NCBI GenBank assembly: GCA_002245135.1 | Contig: NGBS01000876.1 | Coordinates: 1-64,000 of the forward strand | Length of the DNA stretch: 64,000 nucleotides | DNA from: Proteromonas lacertae | Taxonomy: Eukaryota | Reading direction: 5' to 3' | Shown: positions 52,660 through 64,000 of the stretch, one piece after another | Layout of the letters: each line of letters begins with the position of its first letter | Position numbering within the stretch: the first letter of the stretch is position 1 | The notes under the pieces: model-generated | The model's input: only the letters and a program-made list of their open reading frames with translations | What the model was told of the DNA's origin: nothing | The model's database searches: none | Made by a program: the position numbers and the translations under genes

Positions 52660-52794
52660 TGCAATGGTATTAACAAAATTTTAGTTTTAATCTCCTTCTA
52701 CATCACAATAAAAATTGATTTAAAATTAATTATGATCAAGCCAAATGCTTGATAATTCATTTTGAATGATTTGATTGGCTATTTTCACAATCAT
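52660..52794 (+). repeat. Left terminal inverted repeat (135 bp)
   Basis: Ungapped manual alignment to the reverse complement of 55938-56072 gives 7 mismatches in 135 bp. Confidence 0.95.
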
Positions 52795-52866
52795 TTGAAT
52801 TATTCATATCTCGTTTTATCTGTATTTTTTTCTCTTTTTATATATAATTTAGTTATAGATAGTAAT

Positions 52867-55866
52867 ATGAGCTGCTTTACAGAAGAGGTTGATTTCATTG
52901 TACCAAAACTAAAATGTATTGCTTTTTAAAGTATTTATATATTGCATAGGTAAAGAAGAAAAATACAGAGATAGTATAAAAAGAAAAAGAACCGATATTT
53001 TAGGAAATGAGTCTAAAAAGACAGCTACAAATGTATTATAAATTCCTATACAATGTTAGATTGTTAAACCAACTGTTAAGCTTGTATGTCCTTCACTTGT
53101 ACATAAACCATTAAAAATTAAACGACAAAAAGAACAGCTAAATCCTTTAGAAGTGGTATATAGTTGTATTATATTGAATAGAAGAAGAATGCTATTAGTT
53201 TGTCTTCAAAGTTGTTTATGTTCTGTAAATATGTTCCTGAATTATTAGAATCAACAATATCAGGAGGAATAAAGATGGTAAGAAAATTAAATGTTGTGTT
53301 TGATATATGTAAAAGAAGAAAGTTAGAAGAAGATAATTTTGTGAAGATAATAAACAGTTTGGTAGATGATGATAAAGATTGTTTACGATTTAGAGATGAT
53401 AGTGTTAATGTATTTCAATTTCCAAAGAGAATGATTTTTAAAAGAGCTTGTTACAAAGTAATGTATGAAGATATTATTAGATTAATAAAGATTTATGACT
53501 ATCCAACAATTATAATAAGTGGCCAACCTGGTATAGGTAAAACAAGTTTCTTATATTATCTATTACATTGTTTAAAGACATATGATGATTATAGATATAT
53601 GGATGAAGATAAAAGAATAGAAAGAGAAATAAATGGTATATATGTAGTAAAAGGAAGAAAAGATGGTAATCCACTTGAAAAGCAAGTGTGTAAACTTAAC
53701 CAAGATGCCAAAATCTGTATAGTAGATACAAACATGAATGATGTTACAGAGTCAATAATAATAGTTGACACTTATAATGGCGAATATAAACCAAATAATA
53801 TCGTAATATCCATTAGTTCACCAGATGAAAATAATATTAAAACATACAAAGCTAGAAGACATATAACTGAATTATATTTCGAAACATTAAGTTATGAAGA
53901 AGTAGTAAAATGGTTTGATAAATGTATTGGTATTGACAGAGATGATGAATTTAAAGAAATATGTGAAACTTATGGCAATATTCCACGTCAAATTTACTTT
54001 CATCATTTATATAAAGAGAATTATGGTAGAGATTATTGGGATTATTATGTGAAGTTAATAGATAGTGTAGTTGGTACAATTGGTTATAATAATTTTGTTA
54101 CAAATTATATGAAAGAAGAAAGATTAACTGATAATAATGGATTATCGAATATAATATTGAGATATGATTATGAAAAAGAAATGAATGAGGTATTAGGTCA
54201 TGAAGTATTGAAGCCAAAAGATCATTTAAAATTCATATCTGAGAAGGTTGAAAAATACATAGTAAATAAATTCTATCCACCTAAGAATGAACCAGAATAT
54301 AGTGAATTATGTCGATATTATGATGAAATTAAGAATGATGATAAAGAAATGAAAAGAGGTGTAATGAAAAAAATGATATCATATGAATTGAGTAAAGATA
54401 TAATACAATTAAATGTGAAAGAAGATAAGAATTTTAGACTAAATTATGATAAGCCAATCTTAGTTCATCATCCTGATGGTGCAAAACATTTTGTTTATTT
54501 TATATTGGATGAAAACAATTATTTTGATTTAATAATGAATGGAATATTTATAAAGATATTATTAGATGGTGAGAGATTAGAAACTAATGAAACAAAAATA
54601 GAAAAATCAATCAAAGTATAAATAATCTATATTTATATAATATAATAAAATAGGAATATAATAAAAATGAAAATTGTGAATATAAATATTGTGGTTTAAA
54701 TGAAAGTCGCAAAGTGGTAGCAAAAGGAGGAGGAAGAAGAAGAAGAAGAAGTAATGAATTAGTAGAAGAAGTAAAAGAAAGAAAAGAAGAAAAAGAAGAA
54801 AAAGAAGAAAAGGAAGAAAAGGAAGAGGGAGAAGTTATGACTGAAAATCCATCACCATTATGTAAACTACCAGAAAAAGTGGATTTTGAAATATTTGCTG
54901 ATATAGATGCTGAGACTATTTATTTGATGAGAAAATGTTATAAATCAATTTTGGATATTATTTATCCTGAAGGTATGAATCTAGATTTTAAACATCAAAA
55001 GAACTATTTAATATTTGGACAAGCTGGAATAGGAAAATTAATATTAGCGAATGTTATAAAAGAATATATTCATGAAAAGAGGAATGAAAAAGTTAGAATA
55101 AAACATATAGATGGAAACGGAGAGAGAATAAAAGGTTATAATGAATGTGAAATAGACAAAGATTATATATTAATTTGTAATGGAGCTGTAATTGGAGAAG
55201 ATGATTATGCTGATGCAAAAATGATAATACTATTAGCTGATCCATGTGATAAAAAGTATAAAACATTTGAGAGTAAGAGATATCCTCTGGTAATGTATAT
55301 ACCTCCATTTACAAAAGAAGAAATAGAAGAAGTAATAATTCTAGAAAATCCTCAAAATATTTTACCTACCAGACATTTTATTAATAGATGTGAATTAAGA
55401 GAAAGATCAACATTAAAATCTGGAGATATAAAGGGTTATGAAAGAAGAATAAAATTATATAGAAAGAATTATGAATATTATGGAGGTATAATTGGAAATA
55501 AAGAATGTGATGAAGAAATGATTAAATATGAACTTTTTAAAATGAAGGAAAATGAAAGGTTAGAAGACATAATAAATGGAATTGATGCATGTTCTTTTTC
55601 GAAAGGTTGTGATAAAATAATAATATATGAAACGTGTGAAGATGTTACTAAATCCAATCATTTGATATTCATATCTGAAACAATTCAAAAAATGGCTAAG
55701 AAAATATTATTCAAAATTACTTCAATAGAAGAATGTAAAGACAAATGGAAGTATAATTGGATGTATATATGAGAATATAATGTTATATTTACTTGAAACA
55801 AATGAAAGATTTAGAGAAATAATAATAAATAAAATGTGTGATTTAAATAATGATTTAAATAAATAA
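52867..55866 (+). CDS. Tandem Crinkler/RHS(retrotransposon hot spot)-type P-loop NTPase protein; introns 52916-52949, 53033-53059, 53156-53181, 54616-54653; probable frameshift near 55740
   Basis: Unit 1: IISGQPGIGKTSFLYYLL, IIIVD, ISSPD, YGNIPRQ. Unit 2: IFGQAGIGKL, YIPPFTKEEI, YYGG. Both are preceded by a similar (M/L)x(K/R)RxCY motif (FKRACYK; LMRKCYK). Confidence 0.75.
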
Positions 55867-55937
55867 AACGAGTAAAGACAAGATAAAAAAAGATTTCGAC
55901 AATATAGTAAAAGATGTAGCAATAGTGAAAGTTAAAG

Positions 55938-56072
55938 ATGATTGTGAGAATAGCCAATCAAATCAATCAAAATGAATTATCAAGCATTTGGCTTGATCAT
56001 AATTATTTTTAAATCAATTTTTATTGTGATGCAGAAGAAGATTAAAACTAAAATTTTGTTAATACTATTACA
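55938..56072 (-). repeat. Right terminal inverted repeat (135 bp)
   Basis: Reverse complement of 52660-52794. Confidence 0.95.
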
Positions 56073-56167
56073 TTCTAATAACATAAGTCTGATCTTTGTT
56101 CTTGATTTGTTGTTGTATAATGTAATTTTCATTAATTAAATAGAATATAAATAATAATCTTAAATGA

Positions 56168-57750
56168 TTAGAAAAAGTTATTATTATTATTATTATTATT
56201 TATATTATTCATTGTGTTATGATGGCTAGGAGTTTTCTCAGCTCTTATTACACTCTCACATTTTGACAATTGTTTATTAATTATATGATTATTCAATTGA
56301 AATGATTGTCGTTGTTGTTGTGGTGGTGGTATTACAATATTATTCGATAATTTAGATAGTCGTGAACCTAATGATAAGCCATCTGTTGTATTATTAGAGG
56401 ATGTAGAAGATGGGTAATAATACATTTTACTATCATTATCATCATATTCACGAGATGTATTATATCTGTATAATGCTAAAGTTACACCAAAATGACCATT
56501 TTGTTCATCACACAGAGGATTGTATTTCTTAGCAAATATGATAGTTAAATCACTAAATGAAAGTAAAATATGACTTTTCTTATTATTATTATTAATGTTA
56601 ATTGTTGTTTTGTTACTAATTGTTGTTGTTGTTGTGGTGGTGGTAGTGGTGGTTTTTATAGTTCTGGTTGTAGTTTTTGTTTCACTACTACTACTATTCT
56701 CACCACTGATTCTATTTATTGTATCTTTCTTTTTGATTGTTTCTAATGAATTTATTCTCAGTTTTGAATTGCGTATAGGTTGTTTTGGTTGTAAAGTCTT
56801 GCTATTATTATTATTATTATTATTTGCTGATGCAGTGTAGTTATAATAATCTATATCAACATTATCTTCATTTTCTTCTTCATCATCATCATCATCATCA
56901 TCATTTTCATAATCAAATTCTAATGGGTTATAATGTAAAGTGATGTGATTCATTATATTACGTAGGCAGGATTCTTTAGGATATTTATTGTTATTTAATC
57001 TCTTATACATCTTTATTGTGTATATTGAATTACGACGATTATTTATTACTTTCACTATTTTGGGTGTTATTATTTGCTTTATTATTGTATTTTGTAGAAT
57101 AAAGATTGGTCTCCATAAAATTTCAGTTTTCACTGCAAAACTAAGGAAATCTTTGAAATTAAGACATCCTCTGTAATTTCTATATCGAATTATATGATTA
57201 TATAAATAATATACGTATCATATTTTCTAAATAACATTTCATATATCTCATCACAGTATATTTGAGTTTGTAACAACGATAGTAATGAATTAATATGAGT
57301 CTACAGGATATTATATGTAAATAATTATAAATATACCCACATTACTGTACCATTAAATGTATTCATCGTGCTAAAAAGACCATACAATAGTTCATGAGTT
57401 GGAGCAAAAGAAAAAAACAGACTTAGTTGAAAAAATCCATCCCATGTTAAAATATGTTTAGGATATATAGATGTTAGATAGGAATGAAGAGGGATTGGTT
57501 CAAGATTCAGAAATGAAGAAAAACTATTGCCAGCTGTTTTATGAATGTGTTGCAAACTATTACATTAAATATAAACATCATATTAATATACTATTTATAA
57601 AATTTTGACTTAATGAATTTTATCTCGTGGTGATTTACTAATACACACAAGATAAATAAGATAAATACAATATAAATAACATGCATATGAAATAGACTCA
57701 TCTGATAGCTCGTGCTCAGCATCGGATGAAGAAGGTATTATTTTCATCAT
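56168..57750 (-). CDS. EF-hand-like protein, paralog 1 of a tandem trio, with a long T/N/D low-complexity tail; multi-exon
   Basis: TWDGFFQLSLFFSFAP, LNFKDFLSFAVKTEILWRP and NPLEFDY align with the two downstream paralogs; first intron positions are shared. Confidence 0.7.
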
Positions 57751-57985
57751 TATTCGTTATACGTGAAATATAATTGTATTATGTTGATGGCAACTGTGTT
57801 ATTGAATATAAGTATTATACTAAAACATATACATCTAAAATGAGTAGTTTTTTAAAGTGAATATTCAAGATTATGAGAAATGACCATAAACCAACAAAAA
57901 CACTCAAAAATATTTCCAATACTGACTATATTATACTGTATTAAATTATTATCATTTATATTCTGATGCAGAATACATTATAATT

Positions 57986-59155
57986 CTAAATATCTTCAGT
58001 CACAGGAGTTACTGCATATTTAGATGAGTGACTGCTTGATGATTGTTTTAATATGGACTTATTCCTTCCAGATGACAGTTTAAATTCTATTGAAGAGATT
58101 TTAACGTTAGATAAACTCTCTTTCCAACGATATTTCTTCCTCAATAACACATAGTAATAGTCTATATTTCTGAGTGTATCTGTTGTAGTAAAGCTTTTTA
58201 AATGTTTTGAAGAAAGAGTTTCATGAAGTAACACATATTCAGGGTTGTATAATTTAATGAATATTCCTGTTAAATCAGCAAATGCAATTGAAGACCTGCT
58301 GCCACTGCTTCTAGATGCATCCTCTACATAATCAAATTTCAAAGGATGTGGTAATCCCTTTAATTTACGTGATATAGATTCACTACATCTTAATGGTGGT
58401 AAATTGCCATTATGATCATTCATATAATCGATAGTAGTTTTTACACTTAATTTTCTGTTGAATATATAGGCATAACTTCCTTTGGGGAAAAATACTTCCA
58501 ATAACATAATGCGTGCATAATACAATGGTTTCCAAAGAATAGCAGTTCTTGAAGCAAAGTTGAAGAATTGATGCAAACTCAAATAACCATCAAAATTGAT
58601 ATCCAGATGATTAAATGATTCTTCAACTACGCCTAGCGCTAAAATATCAGTATCAAATAACTTTGCCATCTTTTTTACACTCTTAAAATCAACTAATCCT
58701 TTTAAAACTATTATCCATATTCAACAAAGCTATATTTAATTATATTATATATAACAATTAAATACCAAAGAACACTCCTATATTTGGAGCAAGGCATAAA
58801 AATACGGTTATTTGAAAGAAATCGTTCCAAGGCATCGAGCTGCTTTCTATAGATAAAGCAAATATTATCATATACCATAATGATCGTATAAGAGATGATT
58901 AAATGCTTTTAAATGACAACCAAACACTTCCAAAAAAATAAAATTCCTTTCCTTACTGCCATTAATAGTACTATTAAATATAAAATCAATTATTACTTCT
59001 GGAAATAGTCGTATTTCTTTTTTATGTGTTGAATCTCATAATTATTAACTAGAACTAGACCAAAATAACATACGATTGAAATATTTAGCAAACAAAATTG
59101 AGTTTTCATTCAATGAATTGGGATCTTCTTTAATCATTGGGGAAATTTCATCCAT
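57986..59155 (-). CDS. EF-hand protein, paralog 2; multi-exon
   Basis: MDEISP...ILFAKYFN^LNNYEIQHI; EF loop DINFDGYLSLHQF; ILWKP. Confidence 0.75.
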
Positions 59156-59935
59156 TTCTAATGTTGTAATTAAAATAGATTCGTTTCTCTAATGACGTTA
59201 AATAAATTCAAAATAGAATTTAAAAAATACTCTTACTATAATTTTGAGTTTAAAATAAACAAAATGTTTATACAGGTTAGAATAATAAATATTTTATATA
59301 ATCAATCCCAAACAAAAATACAAATACATTATATTTTCATTACTAGCAGTAACGAGTTATATATATAATATTATTCATAATTTAATTCTCTCCACTTTTT
59401 AAAAATAACTTATATATGGTTATAAAAGAAAGATTGATGGTTTAAATCAATTTTGAATAATTACCATCGGATATTTACATTTTTTCATTAATCTATATTG
59501 TTTCTATTTGATTTATTAATAGCAATTCTGTAGTAGAATTTTATTATCTTCTTTTCGTTTATACAACAAACAATAGTAATTATTATCTCTCTTCCTTATA
59601 TATCCATTATTTCATATATATTCAAAATATACGTTTGACACATACATGTATAATCCACTAAATATATAATCAACTGTATATACTTTTAAAAACATTCTAT
59701 TTTCTTTAAACCATATTTCCTGTATAGATATATTCAGTTCAATGCTAATCTTCTATTTTGCTTGTAACTAAATAACCTTAAACAACCTTAAAAAAGTAAA
59801 ATTTGAATTATGAAACGGATACATTTTTATATAAAATAAAATTTGAATAAAGCAAAAATATTCCTTATGTATATTACATTTTTAAAATATATTAAACTTA
59901 TATTATCTATTTTTATTATGAAATATTAACTGTTG

Positions 59936-61100
59936 TTAAGGATAATCAATCAAAGGAGTTACTGCATATTTAGATGAGTGACTGCTTGATGATTGTTTTA
60001 ATATGGACTTACTTCTCGAAGTTGATAGTTTAAATTCTATTGAAGAGAAGTTAACGTTAGATAAACTCTCTTTCCAACGATATTTCTTCCTCAATAACAC
60101 ATAGTAATAGTCTATATTTCTGAGTGTATCTGTTGTAGTAAAGCTTTTTAAATGTTTTGAAGAAAGAGTTTCATGAAGTAACACATATTCAGGGTTGTAT
60201 AATTTAATGAATATTTCTGTTAAATCAGCAAATGCAATTGAAGACCTGCTGCCACTGCTTCTAGATGCATCCTCTACATAATCAAATTTCAAAGGATGTG
60301 GTAATCCCTTTAATTTACGTGATATAGATTCACTACATCTTAATGGTGGTAATTTATTATTGTGACGACTCATGTAGTCTAAAGTACTTCTTAGGTTTAA
60401 CTTTCTATTTAGAACAGTTCCATAGCTACCTTCAGGAAAAAATACTTCTATGAGAATGATACGATAATAATATAATGGTTTCCAAAGAATAGCAGTTCTT
60501 GAAGCGAAATTGAAGAATTGATGCAAACTCAAATAGCCATCATCGTTTAAATCTAAATGATGAAAAGTGTCTTCAATAACACCAACAGTCAACACATCTG
60601 TATTAAATAAATAAGCCATCTTTTTCACACTCTCAAAATCAACTAATCCACCAATATTATTTTGTATATTCAATATAGCTATAATATTGTAATAAATTAT
60701 CATAAATATACCATAAAAAACTGCTACACAAGGTGCAAGACAGAGGAATACTACTATTTGAAAGAAATCGTTCCAAGGTATAAAAGAGTCTTCTAGGAAA
60801 TATTAAATGGGGTTATATACGATATTGATCATATAAAAAATGGTTAAATTGCTTCAAATGACAGCCGAACGCATCTAAGAATACATATTTATTCTCTTTG
60901 TTAGTTATAAAATTTCTATTAAATATATTTTTAGTAGTTACTTTAGTAGGTAATTATATTTCTTTTTAATGTGTTGAATCTCAGAATTATTCACTAAAAA
61001 TAAAGGTAACAAGGATACTATTAAAGTATTTAGCAAATAAGATAGAATTTTCGTTCAGAGAGTTTGTATCTACCTCGGTTGTTGTAGGAATTTCATTCAT
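59936..61100 (-). CDS. EF-hand protein, paralog 3; multi-exon
   Basis: MNEIPT...ILFAKYFN^MNNSEIQHI; EF loop DLNDDGYLSLHQF; ILWKP. Confidence 0.75.
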
Positions 61101-61339
61101 TTCTTCTATAGAATTAAAAAAAATATTCGTTTCACCAACATCCGTTGAATAAACCGATTTAAATTTCAGAATGAATCTCGTTTCCAATATGGGTTAATAA
61201 TATACAATTTAATTAGTTATACAACAATTAAAAATATTATACAAATCAACCCAAACATAATAAAAATTAAATTTTAAATACTTAAGATTACACAAAACAA
61301 AGGAAATTCTTAACTTATAATACTATATCACTCGTTTTT

Positions 61340-63262
61340 TTATTTCTTTTTCTCATTCTTACTAGCTAATGAAACACGAGAATGTTGTGATGTAGATGTA
61401 CGAGATATTGACTTAGTGGTTGATCTATTAGCTTTTGATGATAAAGAAGAGCCTCTAATTTTATATTTACACAATATCTCATCTTTCTCTTCAGCAGATA
61501 ATGATTCATTCAAAATTGAAACATTTAAAGATATTTCTATTGATTTACGAATTGTATTACTTCTAGACAACATATATCTCAAATTATCAACATCAGATAA
61601 TGAATGTTCATATTCAGAAGATCTATAAAATGATGGCCAAATGTTAACTAATATATATTCAAATGCAGAATCTCTAGCTTCACGATATAATCTATTAGAC
61701 TATTCAAATAAAAATTAAATAAAAAATATTATACAATAAGTGCATAATGTGAATTAATATGTTCTCTAATATCGACATTTAAAAACTCATAATCTACTTC
61801 TATATATCTTCTTAATATTTCTTCTGCTTTTTGTTGTAGAATACTTTTATCTTTAATCTTTTCATATTCTCTAACATCACCATAAAATTCAATTGCTTTT
61901 GCATATTTTTCTTCACAAAAACATATCAAATGTTCTCTCAGGAGCTTGTTATGTAGAAAATGTTTCAAATTCTTTCTTTGAATACTTTTGAGTGTAAAAT
62001 CATGAAAAGATACTGTTGCACGTTTGGAAATGACAAAATATACAATTGGAATCATATAAAGAAGTGATAATATATAATAACAAATGTATATTACTAATAT
62101 TAGATCACGATCTATAGGCTCATTTAAAGCTATAATCATCCGTAATATTCCAAATATAATGGAATAGACAAGATAAACAACCTGTAATTCAAACACAGGT
62201 TTACTTCTTTTAGGATTTCTAGCAATTACATAGTATAATTGAACTGCTAACAATAACCATAAAAAGTATGAAACAGTCTCTTGCATATGGTAATTGCAAC
62301 ACTTACTATAATATTCAATTCCAAAAAAAGATTCGTTTTCTATTGTAATTTCCTGTCTATTTACAAATGCTAATCTAACTAACAATAATATATAGAATAA
62401 AGATAACATGGTAATCTCTATTCTATTATTTCTAAAATTCTCTTGTTCTATTTCCTTATTTACAAAATATGGTACAAATGAGTAGAAGAAAATGTAAAAA
62501 TTGTCTATAAACTGCTCAAAGACACAAGATGCATTATTCTTTCTTACAACTATCAAAATTTGATATATACCCAGTAATATAGGGATAAACAACCAAAAAC
62601 CAAAACTTAGTGGTATTTTATAAATTTTAAACTTTCTATACAAATAAAAATAAAAATGTAATATATTAATATAATAATACCTTTGATTCTGTTTAAAAAA
62701 GACAAATACAAAAATATCTAATAGAATCAACAAAACACTAAATGTTATAAATAATGCTAATGAAGTAGTATCAGTGAAATAATAAATATCAATTTCTTTA
62801 GGAAGCCAAGTATAAGGAGCTGGATAAATTACATGACAAGTACAATCAGAATAACCATTACTTTCACTACAAATATGATCATCTTTATTACATATTGGAG
62901 ATGTAGAAGGTGCAATAATATGTGGAACAGTATAATGTTCATAGGACTGTATTTGATGTAATGTTGATTTTAATTCTCTATTCATATGAGTATTATCAAA
63001 ACTAACAGGCCCAAAGAATGTCTCCCAAACCTGGCATCCTTCTTTACAACTTAATGATTTACAATTTTGTGTTACTTCCTCTCTATCTTCACTAACACAT
63101 ACAGAAAAAGATGATTCAAATACAGCTAAAAGATTACCAAAATTATATGAAGTAAAGAAATTAGCATTATCTTCGAAATTAACATTTCGGATGGTTGATG
63201 ATAATTCTGTAATTCTTTGAATTGTTATTCCAATCAAACTTCTATATATATAAAGAACATTA

Positions 63263-63302
<40 letters not shown>

Positions 63303-64000
63303 CTCTTCCAATATATTCATAATCACCACTAAATGATACTGATGATTTAGGATAAATTGTTTTATTTAAAAAGTTTATATAATTATCATCAACATATTTA
63401 ATATAATCCTCAGTATTGCCCATATATGCTTTATTATCTCCTTTATAACCATATCCAACATTCTCACTGAATGCACTTGCATAATAGACATATGTATTAT
63501 CTACACCTCTATCTCGTGGTATAATCACTGTACTACTTCGAGTCAAGCCCATTATTACTCTGGGAGTATATTTTAATTCTTTTAATAGATTTAAATAGGT
63601 ACTAAATCGATCATCAACATTTAAGATTAAAACATCTGGATCTTCATTCTGTATTAATTTTAACCAGCTTTTCATTGTTTCTGTTAATTGATAAGTATTA
63701 TATTGATTTAAATCAATCATTGGATATACACAATCTTCTTTACTGTCACAATCACTAACATATTTACAATTAGGAGCTGATAAATTGAACTTTTGACTTT
63801 CACATCTTTTTACTACTACATCCATTATTTCAGAAGTCATGTCTTTATAATTCTTTTCTATTGCTGAGATGACATTTATACTATAATCGATTGTAACTGT
63901 GTCTGTTAATATAGACCATTTTCTAAACCCCATTCTTTTATGGAATATATCAACTGCTGGTAATGCTGTTTCTTCACTTCTCATTATGGGAGTTAATGCG
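61340..64000 (-). CDS. Multi-pass (7TM-like) receptor with periplasmic-binding-protein-like ectodomain and C-terminal RGS domain; 5' end beyond window
   Basis: Ectodomain PDVLIL...TPRVIMG...ETFFGPVSFD...IYPAP; about seven hydrophobic segments; RGS-like LREHLICFCEEKYAKAIEFYGDVREY...AEEILRRYI...^...IWPSFYRS. The frame is open to 64000. Confidence 0.8.

Larger units (their letters stand above)
52660..56072. mobile_element. Candidate TIR-bounded element (3413 bp) carrying a Crinkler/RHS-type NTPase gene
   Basis: 135-bp inverted repeats at 52660-52794 and 55938-56072 enclose exactly one gene; candidate 10-bp flanking direct repeat aataacataa at 52629-52638 and 56077-56086. Confidence 0.6.

Noticed and set aside
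54724..54835. (GAA)n and (GAAAAAGAA)n repeats as a separate repeat element
   Set aside because: They encode the in-frame R/E/K linker between the two NTPase units.
56168..61100. EF-hand trio as the CBL partners of the nearby CIPK
   Set aside because: Only one clear EF loop is visible, with no CBL hallmark motifs (N-terminal MGC, FPSF), and linkage is not evidence of partnership in a eukaryote.
830..61628. Many short hydrophobic (I/L/F/Y-rich) ORFs in the track, e.g. 830-1162, 8164-8502, 8600-8881, 14710-15153, 16219-16608, 56595-56840
   Set aside because: They are antisense or off-frame shadows of real genes in AT-rich DNA and have no independent motifs.
1..64000. Alternative genetic code, or stop codons created by polyadenylation
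   Set aside because: TAA, TAG and TGA all end reconstructed genes, in-frame stops are explained by tiny introns or indels, and every complete gene reconstructed here has a genomic stop.
1..64000. tRNA, rRNA, CRISPR arrays, telomeric repeats, transposase or reverse-transcriptase ORFs
   Set aside because: None recognisable by eye; covariance-model searches were not run, so small ncRNAs cannot be excluded.

Overview
This is an AT-rich, gene-dense eukaryotic (protist) nuclear segment. It uses the standard genetic code and has tiny GT-AG introns (~23-45 nt), so most genes are split across several ORF-track entries and some are missing from the track. These traits resemble the Blastocystis/Proteromonas group of stramenopiles (inference only). 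The dominant structure is a large inverted duplication: 1-~16680 is the reverse complement of ~31135-50646, around a unique ~14.4-kb spacer. Both inner breakpoints fall in register inside paralogous pseudokinase(-LRR) genes. Each arm carries a PP6/PP4-type phosphatase, a CIPK-like kinase, PP2C, FAM204A, NDUFB11, COG7, a RING protein, a surface protein, an IAH1-like esterase, an SMPD4-like gene and the pseudokinase. The right arm also has a 1.42-kb insert between 1.35-kb direct repeats. The spacer holds a ~2600-aa IQ/SAM/WW/Tudor/B-box protein, RPL23A, WDR55, a small gene with a probable AT-AC (U12-type) intron, and the LRR part of the kinase-LRR gene. To the right of the duplication are a BCNT/Swc5 gene, a ~3.4-kb unit bounded by 135-bp terminal inverted repeats that carries a tandem Crinkler/RHS-type NTPase gene and no recognisable transposase (best candidate for a new system), three tandem EF-hand paralogs, and a 5'-truncated Venus-flytrap/7TM/RGS fusion gene. 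All calls come from manual reading; no searches were run.
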